This document shows, piece after piece, positions 58,431 to 64,000 of a DNA stretch of 64,000 nucleotides. The stretch spans positions 186,001 through 250,000 of the forward strand of contig CAXHJY010000738.1 of the NCBI GenBank assembly GCA_964016885.1, read 5' to 3'. The notes beneath the pieces were generated by a model that made no database searches, was not told where the DNA came from, and saw nothing but the letters and a program-made list of their open reading frames with translations. The stretch is from Eledone cirrhosa. Its lineage: Eukaryota. A program made the translations under genes and the position numbers. Positions within the stretch are counted from its first letter, which is position 1. Each line of letters opens with the position of its first letter.

Positions 58431-61400
58431 TATATTACAGTACAATAGATATATTACAGTACAGTAGGTATATTATAGTACAGTAGGTATATTACACTAC
58501 AGTAGGTATATTACAGTACAGTGGATATATTACAGTACAGTAGGTATATTACAGTACAGTATGTATATTACAGTACAGTAGGTATATTACAGTACAGTAG
58601 GTATATTACAGTACAGTATGTATAATACAGTACAGTAGGTATATTACAGTACAGTAGGTATATTACAGTACAGTAGGTATATTACAGTACAGTAGGTATA
58701 ATAAATTACAGTAGGTATAATACAGTACAGTAGGTATATTACAGTACAGTAGGTATATTACAGTACAGTAGGTATATTACAGTACAGTAGATATATTACA
58801 GTACAGTAGATAGATTACAGTACAGTAGATAGATTACAGTACAGTAGATATATTACAGTACAGTAGGTATATTACAGTACAGTAGATATATTACAGTACA
58901 GTAGGTATATTATAGTACAGTAGGTATATTACAGTACAGTAGGTATATTACAGTACAGTAGGTATAATACAGTAAAGTAGGTATATTACAGTACAGTAGG
59001 TATATTACACTACAGTAGGTATAATACTGTACAGTAGGTATATTACAGTACAGTAGGTATATTACAGTACAGTAGGTATGTTACAGTACATTAGGTATAT
59101 TACAGTACAGTAGGTATATTACAGTACAGTAGACATATTACAGTACAGTATGTATATTACAGTACAGTAGGTATATTACAGTACAGTAGGTATATTACAG
59201 TACAGTAGGTATATTACAGTACAGTAGGTATATTACAGTACAGTAGATATATTACAGTACAGTAGGTATATTACAGTACAGTAGGTATATTAGAGTACAG
59301 TAGGTATATTACAGTACAGTAGGTATATTACAGTACAGTAAGTATATTACAGTACAGTAGGTATAATACAGTACAGTAGGTATATTACAGTACAGTAGGT
59401 ATATTACAGTACAGTAGGTATATTACAGTACAGTAGGTATATTACAGTACAGTAGGTATATTACAGTACAGTATATATATTACAGTACACTAGGTATATT
59501 ACAGTACAGTAGGTATATTACAGTACAGTAGATATATTACAGTACACTAGGTATATTACAGTACAGTAGGTATATTACAGTACAGTAGGTATATTACACT
59601 ACAGTAGGTATATTACAGTACAGTAAGTATATTAATGTGCAGTATGTATAATACAGTACAGTAGGTATATTACAGTACAGTAGATATATTGCAGTACAGT
59701 AGATATATTACAGTACAGTAGGTATGTTACAGTACATTAGGTATATTACAGTACAGTAGGTATATTACAGTACAGTAGGTATATTACAGTACAGTAGGTA
59801 TATTACAGTACAGTAGGTATGTTACAGTACAGTAGGTATATTACAGTACAGTAGTTATAATACAGTACAGTAGGTATATTACAGTACAGTAGGTATATTA
59901 CAGTACAGTTGGTTATATTACAGTACAGTAGGTATATTGCAGTACAGTAGGTATAATACAGTACAGTAGATATATTACAGTACAGTAGGTATATTACACT
60001 ACAGTAGGTATATTACAGTACAGTAAGTATATTAATGTGCAGTATGTATAATACAGTACAGTAGGTATATTACAGTACAGTAGATATATTGCAGTACAGT
60101 AGATATATTACAGTACAGTAGGTATGTTACAGTACATTAGGTATATTACAGTACAGTAGGTATATTACAGTACAGTAGGTATATTACAGTACAGTAGGTA
60201 TATTACAGTACAGTAGGTATGTTACAGTACAGTAGGTATATTACAGTACAGTAGGTATAATACAGTACAGTAGATATATTACAGTACAGTAGCTATATTA
60301 CACTACAGTAGGTATATTACAGTACAGTAAGTATATTAATGTGCAGTATGTATAATACAGTACAGTAGGTATATTACAGTACAGTAGGTATATTACAGTA
60401 CAGTAGGTATAATACAGTACAGTAGATATATTACAGTACAGTAGGTATATTACACTACAGTAGGTATATTACAGTACAGTAAGTATATTAATGTGCAGTA
60501 TGTATAATACAGTACAGTAGGTATATTACAGTACAGTAGATATATTGCAGTACAGTAGATATATTACAGTACAGTAGGTATGTTACAGTACATTAGGTAT
60601 ATTACAGTACAGTAGGTATATTACAGTACAGTAGGTATATTACAGTACAGTAGGTATATTACAGTACAGTAGGTATGTTACAGTACAGTAGGTATATTAC
60701 AGTACAGTAGGTATATTACAGTACAGTAGGTATATTACAGTACAGTAGATATATTACAGTACAGTAGGTATATTACAGTACAGTAGGTATATTACAGGAC
60801 AGTAGATAGAGTACAGTACAGTAGATATATTACAGTACAGTAGGTATAATACAGTACAGTAGCTATATTACAGTACAGTAGGTATATTACAGTACAGTAG
60901 GTATATTACAGTACAGTAGGTATATTACAGTACAGTAGGTATATTACAGTACAGTAGGTATATTACAGTACAGTAGATATATTGCAGTACAGTAGGTATA
61001 TTACAATACAGTAGATAGATTACAGTACATTAGATATATTACAGTACAGTAGATATATTACAGTACAATAGGTATATTACAGTACAGTAGGTATATTACA
61101 GTACAGTAGATATATTACAGTACAGTAGGTATATTACAGTACAATAGATATATTACAGTACAGTAGATATATTACAGTACAGTAGGTATATTACAGTACA
61201 GTAGGTATATTACAGTACAGTAGGTATATTACAGTACAGTAGATATATTACAGTACAGTAGGTATAATACAGTACAGTAGGTATATTACAGTACAGTAGG
61301 TATATTACAGTACATTAGGTATATTACAGTACAGTAGTTATAATACAGTACAGTAGGTATATTACAGTACAGTAGGTATATTACAGTACAGTTGGTTATA

Positions 61401-64000
61401 TTACAGTACAGTAGGTATATTGCAGTACAGTAGGTATATTACAGTACAGTAGATATAATACAGTACAGTAGATATATTACAGTACAGTAGGTATATTACA
61501 GTACAGTTGGAATATTACAGTATAGTAGGTATATTACAGTACAGTAGGTATATTACAGTACAGTAGGTATATTACAGTACACTAGGTATATTACAGTACA
61601 GTAGGTATATTTCAGTACAGTAGATATATTACAGTACACTGGGTATATTACAGTACAGTAGGTATATTACAGTACAGTAGATATATTACAGTACAGTAGG
61701 TATAATACCATACAGTAGGTATATTACAGTACAGTAGGTATATTACAGTACAGTAGGTATAATACAGTACAGTAGATATATTGCAGTACAGTAGGTATAT
61801 TACACTACAGTAGGTATATTACAGTACAGTAGGTATATTAAAGTACAGTAGGTATAATACAGTACAGTAGGTATATTACAGTACAGTAGGTATATTACAG
61901 TACAGTAGATATAATACAATACAGTAGATATATTGCAGTACAGTAGGTATATTACTGTACAGTAGGTATATTACAGTACAGTAGATATATTACAGTACAG
62001 TAGTTATATTACAGTACAGTAGGTATATTACAGTACAGTAGGTATATTACAGTACAGTAGATATGTTACAGTACAGTAGATATATTACAGTACAGTAGGT
62101 ATAATACAGTACAGTAGGTATATTACAGTACAGTAGGTATATTACAGTACAGTAGGTATATTACAGTACAGTAGGTATATTACACTACAGTAGGTATATT
62201 ACAGTACAGTAGGTATATTAAAGTACAGTAGGTATAATACAGTACAGTAGGTATATTACAGTAGAGTAGGTATATTACAGTACAGTAGATATAATACAGT
62301 ACAGTAGATATATTACAGTACAGTAGGTATATTACAGTACAGTAGGTATATTACAGTACAGTAGGTATATTACAGTACAGTAGGTATATTACAGTACAGT
62401 AGGTATATTACAGTACAGTAGATAGATTACAGTACAGTAGATATATTACAGTACAGTAGGTATATTACAGTACAGTAGGTATATTACAGTACAGTAGATA
62501 TATTACAGTACAGTAGGTATATTACAGTACAGTAGATATATTACAGTACAGTAGATATATTACAGTACAGTAGGTATATTACAGTACAGTAGGTATATTA
62601 CAGTACATTAGGTATATTACAGTACAGTAGGTATAATACAGTACAGTAGATATATTACAGTACAGTAGGTATATTACAGTACAGTAGGTATATTACAGTA
62701 CAGTAGATATATTACAGTACAGTAGGTATAATAGAGTAAACTAGGTATATTACAGTACAGTAGGTATATTACAGTACAGTAGGTATAATACAGTACAGTA
62801 GGTATATTACAGTACAGTAGGTATATTACAGTACAGTAGGTATGTTACAGTAGGTATATTACAGTACAGTAGGTATATTACAGTACAGTAGGTATATTAC
62901 AGTACAGTAGGTATATTACAGTACAGTAGGTATATTACAGTACAGTAGGTATATTACAGTACAGTAGGTATATTACAGTACAGTAGGTATATTACAGTAC
63001 AGTAGGTATATTACAGTACAGTAGATATATTACAGTACAGTAGGTATATTACAGTACAGTATGTATATTACAGTACAGTAGGTATAATACAGTACAGTAG
63101 GTATATTACAGTACAGAAGGTATATTACAGTACAGTAGGTATATTACAGTACAGTAGGTATATTACAGTACAGTAGATATATTACAGTACAGTAGGTATA
63201 TTACACTACAGTAGATATATTACAGTACAGTAGGTATATTACAGTACAGTAGTTATATTACAGTACAGTAGGTATAATACAGTACAGTAGGTATATTACA
63301 GTACAGTAGGGATAATACAGTACAGTAGATATGTTACAGTTCAGTAGGTATATTACAGTACAGTAGGTATATTACAGTACAGTAGGTATATTACAGTACA
63401 ATAGATATATTACAGTACAGTAGGTATATTATAGTACAGTAGGTATATTACACTACAGTAGGTATATTACAGTACAGTGGATATATTACAGTACAGTAGG
63501 TATATTACAGTACAGTATGTATATTACAGTACAGTAGGTATATTACAGTACAGTAGGTATATTACAGTACAGTATGTATAATACAGTACAGTAGGTATAT
63601 TACAGTACAGTAGGTATATTACAGTACAGTAGGTATATTACAGTACAGTAGGTATAATAAAGTACAGTAGGTATAATACAGTACAGTAGGTATATTACAG
63701 TACAGTAGGTATATTACAGTACAGTAGGTATATTACAGTACAGTAGATATATTACAGTACAGTAGATATATTACAGTACAGTAGATAGATTACAGTACAG
63801 TAGATATATTACAGTACAGTAGGTATATTACAGTACAGTAGATATATTACAGTACAGTAGGTATATTATAGTACAGTAGGTATATTACAGTACAGTAGGT
63901 ATATTACAGTACAGTAGGTATAATACAGTAAAGTAGGTATATTACAGTACAGTAGGTATATTACACTACAGTAGGTATAATACTGTACAGTAGGTATATT
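57190..64000. repeat. Duplication ~57190-59045 repeated at ~62150-64000 (offset 4,956), second copy truncated by the window end
   Basis: TAAACT at 57781 and 62737; TACTGT at 59025 and 63981; shared 5-bp deletion monomer at ~57891 and ~62847. Confidence 0.9.

Larger units (their letters stand above)
1..64000. repeat. 19-bp tandem satellite/minisatellite array, consensus TACAGTACAGTAGGTATAT, ~3,370 monomers, truncated at both window edges
   Basis: The monomer recurs continuously from base 1 to 64000. Phase check: TAGGT at 6 and at 63991 are 63,985 bp apart. Correcting for the nine 5-bp deletions, two 1-bp deletions and two 1-bp insertions gives 64,030 = 3,370 x 19 exactly. Confidence 0.99.

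Noticed and set aside
1-64000. Protein-coding ORF / repeat protein
   Set aside because: The consensus has TAG on the + strand (AGTAGG) and TAA on the - strand (reverse complement of TTA). Because 19 is not a multiple of 3, each frame meets a stop about every 57 nt; variants extend this only slightly.
1-64000. CRISPR array
   Set aside because: Repeats abut directly with no unique spacers, the unit is only 19 bp, and there is no leader or cas gene.
1-64000. Telomerase-synthesised telomeric tract (long-unit yeast type)
   Set aside because: Multi-kb blocks of inherited variants indicate recombinational or replicative duplication rather than templated addition, and the array is far longer than such tracts. 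A subtelomeric location is not excluded.
1-64000. Plasmid/phage iterons or a rolling-circle concatemer
   Set aside because: There are thousands of copies with no rep gene or origin context, and the periods are irregular and nested rather than one constant unit.
1-64000. Variants being mere sequencing noise
   Set aside because: Rare variants recur in the same order at exact monomer-multiple offsets, and indels are very few. Individual large duplications could still be misassemblies.
1-64000. Embedded transposon, tRNA/rRNA, inversion or hidden unique island
   Set aside because: I saw no departure from the monomer beyond a few bases and no reverse-orientation monomers, and phase arithmetic closes across the window.
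1-64000. Assignment to a named satellite family, species or centromere
   Set aside because: I do not recognise the monomer. This needs database search and chromatin data.

Overview
The whole 64,000-bp window is one uninterrupted head-to-tail tandem array of a 19-bp AT-rich monomer, consensus TACAGTACAGTAGGTATAT (6/19 G+C), about 3,370 copies in one orientation and running off both ends. I found no gene, RNA gene, transposon, CRISPR array or unique sequence. Both strands carry a stop codon in each consensus monomer, so every frame closes about every 57 nt. The information lies in the order of variant monomers, which shows nested higher-order duplications at offsets of about 0.15-0.44, 1.1, 2.4, 3.2, 3.6, 5.0, 8.5, 11.8 and 19.1 kb. 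It also shows two sub-domains with different diagnostic variants, meeting near 35.4 kb, and only 13 register-shifting indels. The array looks most like a eukaryotic satellite or very long minisatellite (heterochromatic, centromeric or subtelomeric), but I cannot identify the organism, family or function from sequence alone. Offsets were read by eye from marker variants; block boundaries are approximate to a few monomers. I found no support for a novel protein-coding system.
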